Below are positions 10,801 to 19,043 of a stretch of 60,613 nt of DNA, piece after piece. The translations under genes were made by a program, and so were the position numbers. The notes beneath the pieces were generated by a model that was not told the DNA's origin, made no database searches, and saw only the letters and a list, made by a program, of their open reading frames with translations. Source of the stretch: an uncultured Gammaproteobacteria bacterium. Its GTDB lineage: Bacteria > Patescibacteriota > Microgenomatia > UBA8517. The stretch lies in NCBI GenBank assembly GCA_964627195.1, contig CAZVJU010000002.1, forward strand, positions 1 to 60,613. The letters are read 5' to 3'. Every line of letters starts with the position of its first letter. The stretch's first letter is position 1.

Positions 10801-11500
10801 CTGGTGTAAAAGTGACTCTTGTATCTCCCAGCCACTCAAAACGTCCGGCAACTTCAGGGTTAATAGCAAAATTTCTTTCGACTGAGGCTCTATGCATTTT
10901 TCTATCAAATTGCACTTCGAAATTGGAGTCTAAAGGTATCGATTCACCCTCATTTCCTGGAAATGTCACAACGATTTTCGGTGGAAGAAAAAGTTTGCCG
11001 TAGCTCAAAATAAGATAAACAACCGTAACTGCAGCTGCGGGTTTTATAGCCATTCTTAGTCGATCTTTGAATGATGACTCTTTAAAGTTCCTTAGCCAAT
11101 TTACTATTTTTTGCAAAGATCGAATGACTAACGGCTGAACTTTTGAAACAAAAAGCTTCTTCAAAAAAGCAAATACTCTCAGAAAAACCCGGGGCCGAAA
11201 GTACCCAAGCACACTTGCAATCAAAGCTAGACAGAAAGCAATAAACCTGATGAATTCTTTCTGAGCAAACAGATTTTTTAAAATGTAATCAAAACTTCCT
11301 ACTGGAACTTTTATCTTGGTATAGCTACTTCCCGCCTCAACAGCCAAAAGTAAAGCTACCAAAATTAGAAGATGCCGCAATGACTTTCCTCTTCCTGACT
11401 GAACAAGGGTCTTTAGCTTATTAAAAATAGCATTAGGAGTAACCGCACCAAAAAACTGCGAAGTTTGTTCCTGCGAAGGATCTTGCCCTGTTTCAGCCAT
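4817..11500 (-). CDS. giant membrane-anchored thioester alpha-2-macroglobulin family protein with embedded Hint domain
   Basis: Thioester motif CNEQ (YYCNEQII). Post-bait motif FLDTAYW...KLPDNLTTWRL. Repeated Ig/MG-like modules and three N-terminal hydrophobic helices. Start moved from 11650 to ATG 11500, which lies 5 nt (CCAAT) after the pbpC stop and 12 nt after AAGGGGGG; the longer ORF would overlap pbpC by 145 nt. Confidence 0.9.
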   Translation of the reverse strand: MAETGQDPSQEQTSQFFGAVTPNAIFNKLKTLVQSGRGKSLRHLLILVALLLAVEAGSSYTKIKVPVGSFDYILKNLFAQKEFIRFIAFCLALIASVLGYFRPRVFLRVFAFLKKLFVSKVQPLVIRSLQKIVNWLRNFKESSFKDRLRMAIKPAAAVTVVYLILSYGKLFLPPKIVVTFPGNEGESIPLDSNFEVQFDRKMHRASVERNFAINPEVAGRFEWLGDTRVTFTPDKPFEIARKYEVEVGSMAMSAFFIPKFFPQKIAFETLGHPKVILASPQIEAPEVGSPITVMFDRAMIPLTSADEKESQLPAFTLSPEVEGEGGWLGTTAYQFRPAKPLKLATTYTYTVPAGMKAKDNGELHEDFGFSFSTVRPRVLGTSPSDNYNYASPTASVSATLNMPIRLDSARESFHLFRLEGEVRNEVPVSIRINKLYVGMYPVKALEREVWYEARIDAGLLAIEGENGLEHPYTWKFKTAPLPKIIATNPGDGSKEVEQEHRIEVSFVSPMDEKSFKDNVIIAPQPDRKPSTYFSSYSGKHSLSIDTYLGRSSDYTITIKGNVEDQHDVPLGQDYTFSFRTAAYKPSITIIPSGTYFASFNQEIVPRIVAKVVNVNDVTYKLYKLKRNDFLAIYKIHISGPWEQRNLQSYDPSKHELVREWKEEFETDQNIPVHVITKVEKGNGEKIDPGFYFLDARIGNGNHDNLVMVVSKSSLTLKTSPSQALVWAVNSSTGEVVKDMDIEIVRLGSSLGKSGKTNTDGVFKVDGEFRSERGGYVSYENPIIAFAKGGGDEAVVIDAWQKGIQPYEFGLPSYYDYQERDDYRASENLKVYIVLDRPIYRPGQKVYYKGVVRRDKDGIYELLDQGSQVQVSVQDARGKEVFRDESPLSSFGTFSGFFDLSGEGSVGFYTINATVLGNGFSQQFQVEEYRKPDFSVEVSADKPDYTDKEVVDASVTAAFFFGSPVDHAPIKWTLTTSDSSFRWQKDLRFEFGDNDSYWYRPWWFYRSYNYYSGEKVAEGTGTTDKDGNYSLKLPLNISDKETNQTMRLEAIVTDVSNQAIANSKEFVIHQAGLHVGVKPERYSGKAGQESRVELVAVTIDGQTLKDIPVKVSFYKRTWDYVREQDPDTEEFYWTNKATDTFISAVEVVTGELGRATASFVPPEGGSFRVVAEASDSQGRMTKSAAQLWISGFGVNSPQENHDRIVIVPDKDEYAIGDTAQVIASLPYENMTGLVTIERGSVYDYKIVKLTSDNQAFDLSITERYSPNAFISASFIKAGKEVKDPPHFKMGVAEIRVDNPKTEVNLELSTPKERFSPGEEMEVNLTTKDGTGANVKTEVAVALVDEAVWSLARAELADIYQTFYNPRNLSVLTANDLTVSMDRLNENVNLGAKGGSGGGCFTGETPILMSTGTYKAIQDVAAGDSVLTREGENSQTMVSARVSEVFVHDVSEYFLLNGKLKVTGVHRLFTKKGWLAVNAITPEDELLDANGLWVKVESIKKIIEPVRVYNLKVENYHTFIAGNIWVHNQKDGGPETVREKFLDTAYWNAHVETDDNGQGHFKVKLPDNLTTWRLIGIAVSKNTSVGDSVKKILVTKDVLIQPLLPRFISVGDKPKLGMVVHNNTGSSSTVSTEISLTGLSVVGTSKKTTTIAADTSQKIYWDTEVKNIKEAEVVLRAEGGGFSDSVKIKIPVISYYTPEVVATSGEAKDVGDEKVFLPANIVPDQGSLEVSLSPTLGSGVQDAASYLLSFPYYCNEQIINRVIPAIQLLALAKESGMEKIGGYDKYVLENIVTDGIQRLTNLQRPDGGWGWWASYDANPYLTAMIIDGLLDAQENDFTVPESTIESGMTYLKREMDKQELGLENIVYLASVYSRGKTLDSGILSNLMDRRWQMDELGKAYLLRTLQRGGGSRRDVTRLMDELVAMTVKTNTTAHWEIAKRKWHAMSGNITLTSVMMEALVDNNPKHPFVPDITRWLMQARYDGHWQTTKETSSAVRAIVTMLKERREGKPKEFWKISLAGLTQKEGAFEENDLMKQVVEQFSLAEIAKERNVPVKIEKSGKGALYYNMNLKYFLPFEEVEPLDQGLVVIRDFVDRNGRVIRNSKLNAGDELWIRLIILTAATTHHVIIEDKLPAGIEAVNESLATTSLLNVEKLSIPKDRSPLYFRHHEVRDDRVVLFAETLPTGVYEYTYRVRPTTPGRYHHPPAQAYNMYIPDISGHSSGGWMEVSD
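6236..6247 (-). other. thioester motif CNEQ of the A2M
   Basis: Codons TGT AAT GAA CAG read on the minus strand within SFPYYCNEQIINR. Matches the CxEQ thioester signature of the A2M/C3 family. Confidence 0.8.
6923..7309 (-). other. Hint / bacterial intein-like domain (129 aa) inside the A2M coding sequence
   Basis: Begins GGSGGG|CFTGETPILM (block A Cys). Contains VTGVHRLF (TxxH block B) and VYNLKVENYHTFIAGNIWVHN (blocks F/G ending His-Asn). The next residue is Gln, not Cys/Ser/Thr. No endonuclease domain. The coding length is in frame (387 nt). Confidence 0.85.
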
Positions 11501-11505
11501 ATTGG

Positions 11506-13764
11506 TTAGTAACCCCCCTTGTATTCTAGCACCAAGAAATTTATTGGGGATAGTAGCACCTTTCCCTTCCCCGCGATTCCCACTTCTGCCTTCAGTGTAT
11601 GACTTCCCGCAGTGGGAGTCCAATGACACTCTTTCAAAATGCTTCCACAATCGCTTTCCATTAAGTCTTGGCCGTCAATCACCCATAAAACACTCACAAT
11701 TTTTTCCTCCGTCGACAGTTCAAAAACAATTTGTTCATCTGCCTTGGCACCAATCTCGAAAACAGAATTTGGCAGTGGATTAAGTATCTGTACTTGAGAG
11801 TTTTTGAAGTATGTTTGTTTTTCGGTAAGTGGCGAATACGCTGTTGGCTCCGTTCCGGAAATAAAAGTTTCGATATATTTCTGAGTACAAGCATCACCCG
11901 GTAAAAGACCGTCCCACGCACAAATTTCCAAATGGTCCAAACCCTCCGGCTCATTGAAACCCCCGACGTCTTCAAATTTTAGTAGCTCTTCAAAGACCTG
12001 GTTCCAAATTGGAGCTGCACCAGTCACTCCAGATATTTCCTGCATAGGATGATTATCAGCATTTCCCACCCATACACCCACCGTAAAGTTTGGAGTATAT
12101 CCAATTGTCCAATTATCATGCCAGTCTGTTGTTGTCCCTGTCTTTACAGCTGCTTCTTGTGATAAAACCAGGGGGTTTTTCTCCCCAAACGTAGGGATTC
12201 TTGCTTTTTTGTCTTTCAAAATATCAGTAACAAGCCAGGCAACTTTTTCATCAAGAACTTTATTGGGACTTATCTTTTCAAATTCATACACTAATTCCCC
12301 ATCGCTATTTTCTATTCTTTCTATCAAGTGTGTCGGCAAAAAACCACCTGCGCGGGCAAATGTCGCATACAAATTTGTCAATTCCAGTAACGTTATTTCT
12401 CCACCACCCAAGGTAAGAGCCAAGTCGTAGTCCCCCACTCTTTGCATGCCAGTTACGCCCATTCTGTGAGAAAGGTTCAAAAAATTTTCAAGCCCGACTC
12501 TCGATAGCATTTCAACTGCCGGCAGGTTGTAGGAAGAAGCAAATGCCTCGCGCACAAGGATAATCCCACGGTAATGACCATCGTAGTTATGAGGCAAAAA
12601 TCCTCCACCTTCATTAGTCTTATAAACTTTGGGCTTATCTTCAATTGCAGTTGCGGCAGTTGCAATACCCTTTTCAAAGGCGGCGGCATAAGTAACAGGC
12701 TTTATTGCAGAACCAGGCTGGCGTAACGCTGTTGCCATATTGTTCTGTCCTTGAATCGCTTCAGCAAAATAATCAACACTTCCCAAAAGTGTCCAAATGG
12801 CTCCTGTACTATTGTTAATAATCACGACCGCCGCATTAGTTAAGTCATGCTTGAGGGTAAGAGCATCAACCCGTTTCTTAGCGATATCTCTGACTAGCCT
12901 GTACCACCCCGAGTCAAGTGTTGTATGAACAGAAAGACCTTCGTTGGAAGAAATACCTATTTTTTCGATTTCCTCCAAAATCATCTGAGCAGCATGAGGT
13001 GCAACAACTTCAAGAGCGTGAATCGTGTCCGGCAGCCGTTCTTCCTTTGCTCGCTCATACCTTTCTTCGGTGATGAGCTTTTTTGCAAACATCTCGTCAA
13101 GAATCGCATTTTTTTTCTGGTTTGACCCTTGGGGATTAGTTATCGGGTCAAACTTTGTGGGATTGGCTATCATTCCTGCAAGTAAAGCGGACTGGCCCAA
13201 AGATAAATTATCTACACTCTTCCCAAAATACAGTCTTGAGGCAGCTCCAACTCCATATATACCTCTACCAAAATACATTGTATTTAGATACCTCTTAAGA
13301 ATTTCTTCCTTCGAAGAAGTATAAGACAACCGCACCGCCATTAAGATTTCCCTCACTTTCCTAATGAGACTTACTTTTGCTGGTTTTTGAGGTGAAATTA
13401 CACTGAACCGAACGACTTGTTGAGAAATAGTACTTGCACCAGAGACAATAGCTCCTTCCCGGATATTTTGACCAATCGCTCGAACTATTGCCAAAGGATC
13501 GACTCCAGAGTGATACCAAAATCTCTCATCCTCTGTTACAACAACTGCGTCTTTTAACTCTTGTGGAATCCTTTCAATTGGTACAAACTCTTGGTGGCCA
13601 ATACTAGTTGACGACTCGTAGATTAGAATTTCATTTCTGTCGAAGACTTTTATGGTTCCCTTAATATGTGGGGTCGGGTCTGTCCAAAACCAAAGAAAAA
13701 TTAACCCTGTTAAAAAAAACAATAACAGTAACTTAGTAAGGTGAGATAAAAGAAAGTGCTTCAC
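11506..13764 (-). CDS. pbpC: bifunctional penicillin-binding protein, PBP1C-like (GT51 transglycosylase + transpeptidase + C-terminal domain)
   Basis: GT51 motifs (EDERFWYHSGVD, RKVREIL). Transpeptidase motifs SAIKP (SxxK), SSYN (SxN) and KTGTT (KTG). N-terminal TM helix. Sits immediately upstream of the A2M gene, like the E. coli pbpC/yfhM pair. Confidence 0.85.
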   Translation of the reverse strand: MKHFLLSHLTKLLLLFFLTGLIFLWFWTDPTPHIKGTIKVFDRNEILIYESSTSIGHQEFVPIERIPQELKDAVVVTEDERFWYHSGVDPLAIVRAIGQNIREGAIVSGASTISQQVVRFSVISPQKPAKVSLIRKVREILMAVRLSYTSSKEEILKRYLNTMYFGRGIYGVGAASRLYFGKSVDNLSLGQSALLAGMIANPTKFDPITNPQGSNQKKNAILDEMFAKKLITEERYERAKEERLPDTIHALEVVAPHAAQMILEEIEKIGISSNEGLSVHTTLDSGWYRLVRDIAKKRVDALTLKHDLTNAAVVIINNSTGAIWTLLGSVDYFAEAIQGQNNMATALRQPGSAIKPVTYAAAFEKGIATAATAIEDKPKVYKTNEGGGFLPHNYDGHYRGIILVREAFASSYNLPAVEMLSRVGLENFLNLSHRMGVTGMQRVGDYDLALTLGGGEITLLELTNLYATFARAGGFLPTHLIERIENSDGELVYEFEKISPNKVLDEKVAWLVTDILKDKKARIPTFGEKNPLVLSQEAAVKTGTTTDWHDNWTIGYTPNFTVGVWVGNADNHPMQEISGVTGAAPIWNQVFEELLKFEDVGGFNEPEGLDHLEICAWDGLLPGDACTQKYIETFISGTEPTAYSPLTEKQTYFKNSQVQILNPLPNSVFEIGAKADEQIVFELSTEEKIVSVLWVIDGQDLMESDCGSILKECHWTPTAGSHTLKAEVGIAGKGKVLLSPINFLVLEYKGGY

Positions 13765-13821
13765 AAACAGAGTGTAACAGAACCGGTCCTTTTAATTAAA
13801 AATGGCTGTACCAATCCCCGA

Positions 13822-13974
13822 CTATTTTCTCTTTTCGATCTCCTCTAAAAGTTTTTTCGGTATAGGTCTACATGCACAATATTTAGCATGTTCTTGATGC
13901 CAGGTTATTCTCTGCTCTATCGTCGGATTTTTGGGCATCTTATTCGCCTTATGCCAAACTGCATTAATTTTCAT
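13822..13974 (-). CDS. small conserved-looking protein (50 aa) with H..H...C.C motif
   Basis: Hand-translated: MKINAVWHKANKMPKNPTIEQRITWHQEHAKYCACRPIPKKLLEEIEKRK. Its ATG overlaps the SDR stop (ATGA), suggesting translational coupling. Too short to appear in the ORF track. Confidence 0.4.
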   Translation of the reverse strand: MKINAVWHKANKMPKNPTIEQRITWHQEHAKYCACRPIPKKLLEEIEKRK

Positions 13975-14714
13975 TTAATTTCTTTCAAAGTCAGTCCAGC
14001 GTCAACGACAATATTTGTCCCGGTTATAGCCTCGTTTTCGGCAATGGTAATAACTACATGTGCGATTTCTTCCGGCATAACAAAACGTTTCAGGGGAACC
14101 TGATTTTCATATTCTTCCTTCTCCTCTTTAGTAGATAAGCTCCACATAGGCGTAAGAGTATAGCCCGGTGAAACACTAACTACACGAATTCTCGGTGCAA
14201 CCATTGCTGCCAAATTCTCAGTAAAAGTATTCAGTGCTGCTTTTGATAGTGAATATGACAGGGATTCTCCGAAGTAAGCAATTCCGGGTTTGCCGGCAAT
14301 TGATGAGATATTAATTATTACTCCCTTTTGACCTACCATCTTAAGAAACTCACGACTACACTCAACTGCCCCAAACAAATTGACAGCCAAGACTTCTTTC
14401 CACTCCGAAGTATCCAATGGATCTATATACGTTTGTTCGATTCCCGAAACATTAACTAGTACATCTAAATGCGAATACTTATCGTGGATCTTTTGGAACA
14501 TTTTGGGGATTTCTTTGACTTTTCTAAAGTCTGCAGAAACACTGATGCATCCAACCTTCTCATTACAAATTTCCTTTTCCAACTCTTTTATAGAAGCTAC
14601 GTCCTTTGCATGAAGAATAAGGTTACTCCCCTTTTTGGCAAATGCATGGGCTATTGCTCCTCCAATCCCGCCCGATGCACCGGTAACAAGAACGACTTTC
14701 TCTTTGAGCTGCAT
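13971..14714 (-). CDS. short-chain dehydrogenase/reductase (SDR)
   Basis: TGxxxGIG cofactor motif (VTGASGGIGGAI) and YxxxK catalytic motif (YSLSKAAL). Length 247 aa. Confidence 0.85.
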   Translation of the reverse strand: MQLKEKVVLVTGASGGIGGAIAHAFAKKGSNLILHAKDVASIKELEKEICNEKVGCISVSADFRKVKEIPKMFQKIHDKYSHLDVLVNVSGIEQTYIDPLDTSEWKEVLAVNLFGAVECSREFLKMVGQKGVIINISSIAGKPGIAYFGESLSYSLSKAALNTFTENLAAMVAPRIRVVSVSPGYTLTPMWSLSTKEEKEEYENQVPLKRFVMPEEIAHVVITIAENEAITGTNIVVDAGLTLKEIK

Positions 14715-14778
14715 TCTACCTTTATATTTTACACCTTATTCAATTGAAATAGTTAAAAAAGATGCTAAACTCACGATA

Positions 14779-15648
14779 ATGAAAAAGGCCATATCAGTTG
14801 TAGTACTTATAATTTCTGTTGTTCTTATTGGCCTAATCCCAGTTAAGCCCAAAGAGAAACCACCAGCCCAACCACTAGAAGCGGAAGAAAACACAAAAAT
14901 TATTTTGACCGGCTTTGCACTTTCTCCGAAAAGTTCCGAAGGAAAAGATTTATTAGACTACTTCGATAGGATAAAAAATACTTCCAAAGTTGTCTCCTGG
15001 ACAGGTAAAGTAGAAGATTTGAAAAACTCAAAATCCTCTGCATACGCAGTTACTACTCTTGCCCAAAATTACGACTACACACCAATCATTATTACAGATC
15101 GGGTGGATAAACAGTTGTTACTTGATTTCGCGGGAAAAGTTAAACCTCCATATTTAGGAGTCGGAAACGAAATAAATAGAGGCAAGGTGGCAGATATTCA
15201 AAAGTTCGCAAAAGATTTTGAGGAAATTTACCCGGAAATCAAAAACGTTTCTCCTGACACAAAGATATTTCCGGTTTTTCAACTTGAAATACTGGATTGG
15301 CAACTAATGGACCTTTTTCCTAAAGCGGATGCTATAGCTTTCACAACCTATCCGAGTTTGATTTATAAAACACTACCCGAAATCCCGGAAGATCATTATT
15401 CCGCAATAAAAACTCATACAGAAAAACCAATTTTATTTACTGAAGTAGGCTGGCCAAATGAGTCAGATGAAAAAGAACAGTCAGACTTTATAAATTTCTT
15501 TAAGGAAAATGTAAAGATATTAGAGCCGGAGGTTACGCTCTGGACTTTTATGTACGACCAAAACGTCCAGAAACCTTTCGATAGGATGGGTTTAATTGAT
15601 AAAAGTGGTAAAGAAAAAAAAGGCTGGAGGACTTGGATTGAGAAATAA
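14779..15648 (+). CDS. membrane-anchored TIM-barrel glycoside hydrolase-like protein (clan GH-A type)
   Basis: Start moved to ATG 14779 (MKKAISVVVLIISVVLIGL signal/anchor). GVGNEIN (acid/base NE) and FTEVGWP (nucleophile E) motifs. The family assignment is not resolved. Confidence 0.5.
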   Translation: MKKAISVVVLIISVVLIGLIPVKPKEKPPAQPLEAEENTKIILTGFALSPKSSEGKDLLDYFDRIKNTSKVVSWTGKVEDLKNSKSSAYAVTTLAQNYDYTPIIITDRVDKQLLLDFAGKVKPPYLGVGNEINRGKVADIQKFAKDFEEIYPEIKNVSPDTKIFPVFQLEILDWQLMDLFPKADAIAFTTYPSLIYKTLPEIPEDHYSAIKTHTEKPILFTEVGWPNESDEKEQSDFINFFKENVKILEPEVTLWTFMYDQNVQKPFDRMGLIDKSGKEKKGWRTWIEK

Positions 15649-15668
15649 CTAGACCATAGTTTTAGAAT

Positions 15669-16247
15669 CTAGTCCCCTAAAATAAATCCTTGAGAATTGC
15701 CGAATGCGATAAAACCGTTTACATCAAGAAGTGTTTTATCAATTTTTGATTCTTCAAAGTTCACTCCACTAATATTAGCGCCGGAAAAATCAGCCTGTGT
15801 TAAGTCGCACTTCTCAAAAACACACTTCTCAAGTTTGGAATTTCTAAAACTTACCTTTTCCAAATTACATAAAACAAAAATACTATCGGTCAAATCAGTA
15901 TTTTCAAAAAGCGAATCGGTTAAATTAACTTTTTTGCGTAGACCTTTGCCCGCGTTTTTCAGTTGCTGGAAGATGGAATTTTCGATTACCGCTTTCGAAA
16001 AATTACATCTTTTTATTTCACATCCTGAGAAATCCAAATTGCTTAATTTACTTTCCGGGAACGTACAATCTGTAAAACTGACTATATCAAAAACACTCCC
16101 CGAAAAGTTGGATATCTTGAATTCGCATACATCAAACGAAACAAACCTTAAATTTAAATTAATAAATTTACAGTTAACGAAGCTATCTTTATTAAAATTT
16201 TTACCTTTAATTTCTTCCTCAGAAAATATTTTATTTTTGTATATCAA
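15669..16247 (-). CDS. pentapeptide repeat protein
   Basis: Long runs of A(D/N)LxX-type pentapeptides (FSGCEIKRCNFSKAVIENSIF, LEKVSFRNSKLEKCVFEKCDLTQADFSGANISGVNF). Confidence 0.8.
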   Translation of the reverse strand: MIYKNKIFSEEEIKGKNFNKDSFVNCKFINLNLRFVSFDVCEFKISNFSGSVFDIVSFTDCTFPESKLSNLDFSGCEIKRCNFSKAVIENSIFQQLKNAGKGLRKKVNLTDSLFENTDLTDSIFVLCNLEKVSFRNSKLEKCVFEKCDLTQADFSGANISGVNFEESKIDKTLLDVNGFIAFGNSQGFILGD

Positions 16248-16268
16248 CAGAGTATATAAGATAACATT

Positions 16269-16985
16269 TTAGTTTGTTGAATGCAGAGCATAACCTCCCT
16301 TGGTTGATATAATCATCAACCCCAGTTTATCAATTTCGGTTCGAAGAGTGGAAATTGTTTTGTATATTAAAGAATATGAAGGATTTTCTCCCCTAACTTT
16401 ATACTTTGAGAGTTCGGCAATAGTTTGAATATCAACAGGCTTCCCAACGTTGCTAATAAGAATGTTTAAAACTTCCTTTTCTCGCATATTGAGGGAGGCT
16501 AGTATGTTGTTTTTTTCTATCTTTGCTTTTACAAAATCATTTTTCCGTAACTTACTACTTACATTTTGTAGATATCCTGCTACTTCGAGTAAGTTTTCCT
16601 TGACGGTTCCCGTGAACTCATAGTTGTAAATTTCTTGAGGCTTTATCCATCTATACTCAGAGTTCTTTTCACTAGCAAGACGAATATCTCCTGATATATA
16701 TCTTACTTCGTACACAAAACCCACAGCTTCCTGATTGTTATCATCTTCATAAAAGAAGTTATACGTCTGGAAAATCCTTTCTGGTTGGATAATAATACCA
16801 GCCTCCTCAAATACTCCCCTTCTGATAGCAGTTTCCGGTGTTTCTCCGCTTCTTACACTAACAGAAACAATAGACCACATATTAGGGTGGTGTGATAAAT
16901 TACCCGACCGTTTTAGTATAAGTAACTCATCCCCTTTTTTAACCACCGCTGACACAAAAACAATAAATTTGTGACGCAACTTCAT
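16269..16985 (-). CDS. Nudix domain fused to OmpR/PhoB-type winged-helix DNA-binding domain
   Basis: Degenerate Nudix box SGETPETAIRRGVFEEAGI in the N-terminal half. The C-terminal half (EKEVLNILISNVGKPV...IYKTISTLRTEIDKLGL..STKGGYAL) resembles the Trans_reg_C wHTH. No receiver domain. Confidence 0.65.
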   Translation of the reverse strand: MKLRHKFIVFVSAVVKKGDELLILKRSGNLSHHPNMWSIVSVSVRSGETPETAIRRGVFEEAGIIIQPERIFQTYNFFYEDDNNQEAVGFVYEVRYISGDIRLASEKNSEYRWIKPQEIYNYEFTGTVKENLLEVAGYLQNVSSKLRKNDFVKAKIEKNNILASLNMREKEVLNILISNVGKPVDIQTIAELSKYKVRGENPSYSLIYKTISTLRTEIDKLGLMIISTKGGYALHSTN

Positions 16986-17092
16986 TTATTTTTCAAATCC
17001 TGAAAACTAATGTGATTGTACGGCAGTATTGGGAATAATACCAGTAAATATATGAATTAAAACTTTATCTATACTAGCTCTAACAAGAAACT

Positions 17093-17671
17093 ATGGAACG
17101 TGACCATAACGATATTTCTCGCATACCGAAGTTCATCCATCATATTGAATCACTAAAGCACAATAAACGATTTACTACTAATCCCTTTGTCGAGCGAAAA
17201 GACACGGTTGCCTCCCACTCATGGCGTGCAAGCCTGCTCTTTTTATCCTTTGAAGGATTATTACCAGAGACTATTAGCAGACAGAAAGTATACGAGTTAC
17301 TTACGATGCATGACCTTACTGAGTTAGAAAAGGAAGGTACCAAAGCACTGGGATTCAGAAATGAAAAAGAGAAGATAAAAGAAGACCGGGAAGACGACTT
17401 CTCCCAATTTTCATATTTAGCTGAACCCCTCTACAAAAAACTTAGAGATCTGTGGAGCGAATATAAAGAGCAAAAGTCGGTTGAATCCAAAATCGCAAAG
17501 ACTATAGAAAGACTTGAGAGCAATTGGACTGCAATCGAAAGTGTCGATGCGGTTAAAGATAAAACTCACCGCCAAAGAACCATTGAATATGTTACAGGGC
17601 TCCTCGGAGCAGACCGTCACCTTGATATGCTCATTAATTTACAACTTGAGGAAATTAAAAGTATCAAATAA
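17093..17671 (+). CDS. HD-domain phosphohydrolase (YfbR-like nucleotidase family)
   Basis: H...HD metal-binding pattern (VASHSWRASLL ... LTMHDLTE). Size about 190 aa. Confidence 0.6.
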   Translation: MERDHNDISRIPKFIHHIESLKHNKRFTTNPFVERKDTVASHSWRASLLFLSFEGLLPETISRQKVYELLTMHDLTELEKEGTKALGFRNEKEKIKEDREDDFSQFSYLAEPLYKKLRDLWSEYKEQKSVESKIAKTIERLESNWTAIESVDAVKDKTHRQRTIEYVTGLLGADRHLDMLINLQLEEIKSIK

Positions 17672-17966
17672 TCATGGAAGAAAGAGGAGCACTACCAACT
17701 CCAAAAGAAGAACCAAAAAACAAAAGGTTGTCTTACTTGTAGATACGAAGGCTTATGAAGCAGAAATTGTCGCCACAGTTGGCCCCCTAGCCGACTCAAT
17801 CTTCCTACTGCATATAATAAAGGAAGAGACAGAGGAAACTGTATAGATCAAAGAGATTAATAGATTAGACTTTTATTAAAAACTCCTGAGGATTTGCCCA
17901 TAATCGAATTGAATCAAACGAGGTTCTCATAAAATCTAACTTAAAAAAGTAGAAGTAATAAACTTT

Positions 17967-18374
17967 CTAATTCCTATTTTGTAATCTGAAAAATCCTACT
18001 AACTTCTCCTTATGATCATAAGCAATGTCTAAATTATTTAAGTCGTTTACAGTTACAAACTTCACTTCTCCTATTTCGTCATTGAGATTAATCTCACCAC
18101 TTATAGAACCAGTAAAATAAATTACATTCCAAAATTGACCAGGGATAGACTCCTTATCTGTCTCTACATAGTAAAATTTAGGATCAAAGTCTACTCCCAA
18201 TTCTTCTTTTACTTCTCTAATAATAGTCTCGTTGGGAACTTCCCCTTCCTCGGGTCTCCCTCCAACCAAAGCCCACTTTCCAACAAAATCTCCGCTAGCT
18301 CTTTTGCCCAATAAAACTTTACCTTCTTCGTCCACGATAATTGCACGAACAACAGTTTTAATATTGTTTCTCAT
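17967..18374 (-). CDS. Nudix hydrolase
   Basis: Canonical Nudix box GGRPEEGEVPNETIIREVKEELGV. Confidence 0.85.
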   Translation of the reverse strand: MRNNIKTVVRAIIVDEEGKVLLGKRASGDFVGKWALVGGRPEEGEVPNETIIREVKEELGVDFDPKFYYVETDKESIPGQFWNVIYFTGSISGEINLNDEIGEVKFVTVNDLNNLDIAYDHKEKLVGFFRLQNRN

Positions 18375-18401
18375 GATTTGTTGCTTAAGAAAATTTTCAG
18401 A

Positions 18402-19043
18402 CTAGGCTATTTTCTCCATTTTACTCCACTTTTTTCCCTTAGCATCCACAATCATTAATGCATGGTAATTTTGGAAAAGTGTTGTGTCTTTCGTCAAAGA
18501 TCTTTCGAACATTTCTTTTAAAGAGTCGTAATTATCCGTTTCCACACTTAGTTCATATTTCTTTACAAACCGTTTCGTGTATTCGTCAATAACGAAACTT
18601 GGTTTATCGAGTGCGTACAAAAGAAGTGTGTCTGCTGTCTCCGGACCAATGCCATAAACCTTCAGAAGTTTTTCTCTCACCAATTTTGTATCTTCACTTA
18701 TCATCCGCTCTAATCCACCATAGTTATTCATAACAAAAGAAGAGAATGCGTGAAGCCTTTTCGGTTTTGTGGTGTAAAAGCCGGCCGGACGAATAAGGTC
18801 AGTTAACTTTGTTAAATCGGAAATACCAGCAATTATTTCTAAGCTCAAAAGGTCAACCTTTAACAGATTTCTAAGGGCTATATCAGCATTCCGCCAACTC
18901 GTCCGTTGGGTAAGTATTGCACCTAAGGCAATTAATTCACGGGTTTTTAAACTTTTATCTTTCGAACACCAATCCGGCCACAACTTTTCGGGATCCCCAT
19001 GTTCTTTAAGGAGAATTTTGTACAAAGAAAAAATCTTAGGCAT
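18402..19043 (-). CDS. HhH-GPD / endonuclease III-domain protein
   Basis: ILTQRTSWRNA and the helix-hairpin-helix VYGIGPETADTLLLYAL. No obvious FeS Cys cluster. Confidence 0.65.
   Translation of the reverse strand: MPKIFSLYKILLKEHGDPEKLWPDWCSKDKSLKTRELIALGAILTQRTSWRNADIALRNLLKVDLLSLEIIAGISDLTKLTDLIRPAGFYTTKPKRLHAFSSFVMNNYGGLERMISEDTKLVREKLLKVYGIGPETADTLLLYALDKPSFVIDEYTKRFVKKYELSVETDNYDSLKEMFERSLTKDTTLFQNYHALMIVDAKGKKWSKMEKIA

Noticed and set aside
5034-11003. Numerous 60-100 aa ORFs on the plus strand inside the A2M gene, and similar ones inside pbpC, groEL, valS and dnaA
   Set aside because: These are antisense or shadow ORFs lying entirely within long, motif-supported genes. They have low-complexity composition and no motifs.
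11501-11650. The longer A2M ORF starting at 11650 (MWKHFERV...)
   Set aside because: It overlaps the last 145 nt of the PBP1C-like gene. Its residues look like an out-of-frame read of that gene. ATG 11500 sits 5 nt after the pbpC stop and has a G-rich Shine-Dalgarno sequence.
15697-16272. 191-aa plus-strand ORF antisense to the pentapeptide-repeat gene
   Set aside because: This is the mirror ORF of a repetitive gene. The minus-strand product shows a clear pentapeptide periodicity, and the plus-strand one does not.
17514-17846. 110-aa plus-strand ORF overlapping the end of the HD-domain gene
   Set aside because: It is out of frame with, and overlaps, a motif-supported gene. Its composition is basic and low-complexity, with no start context.
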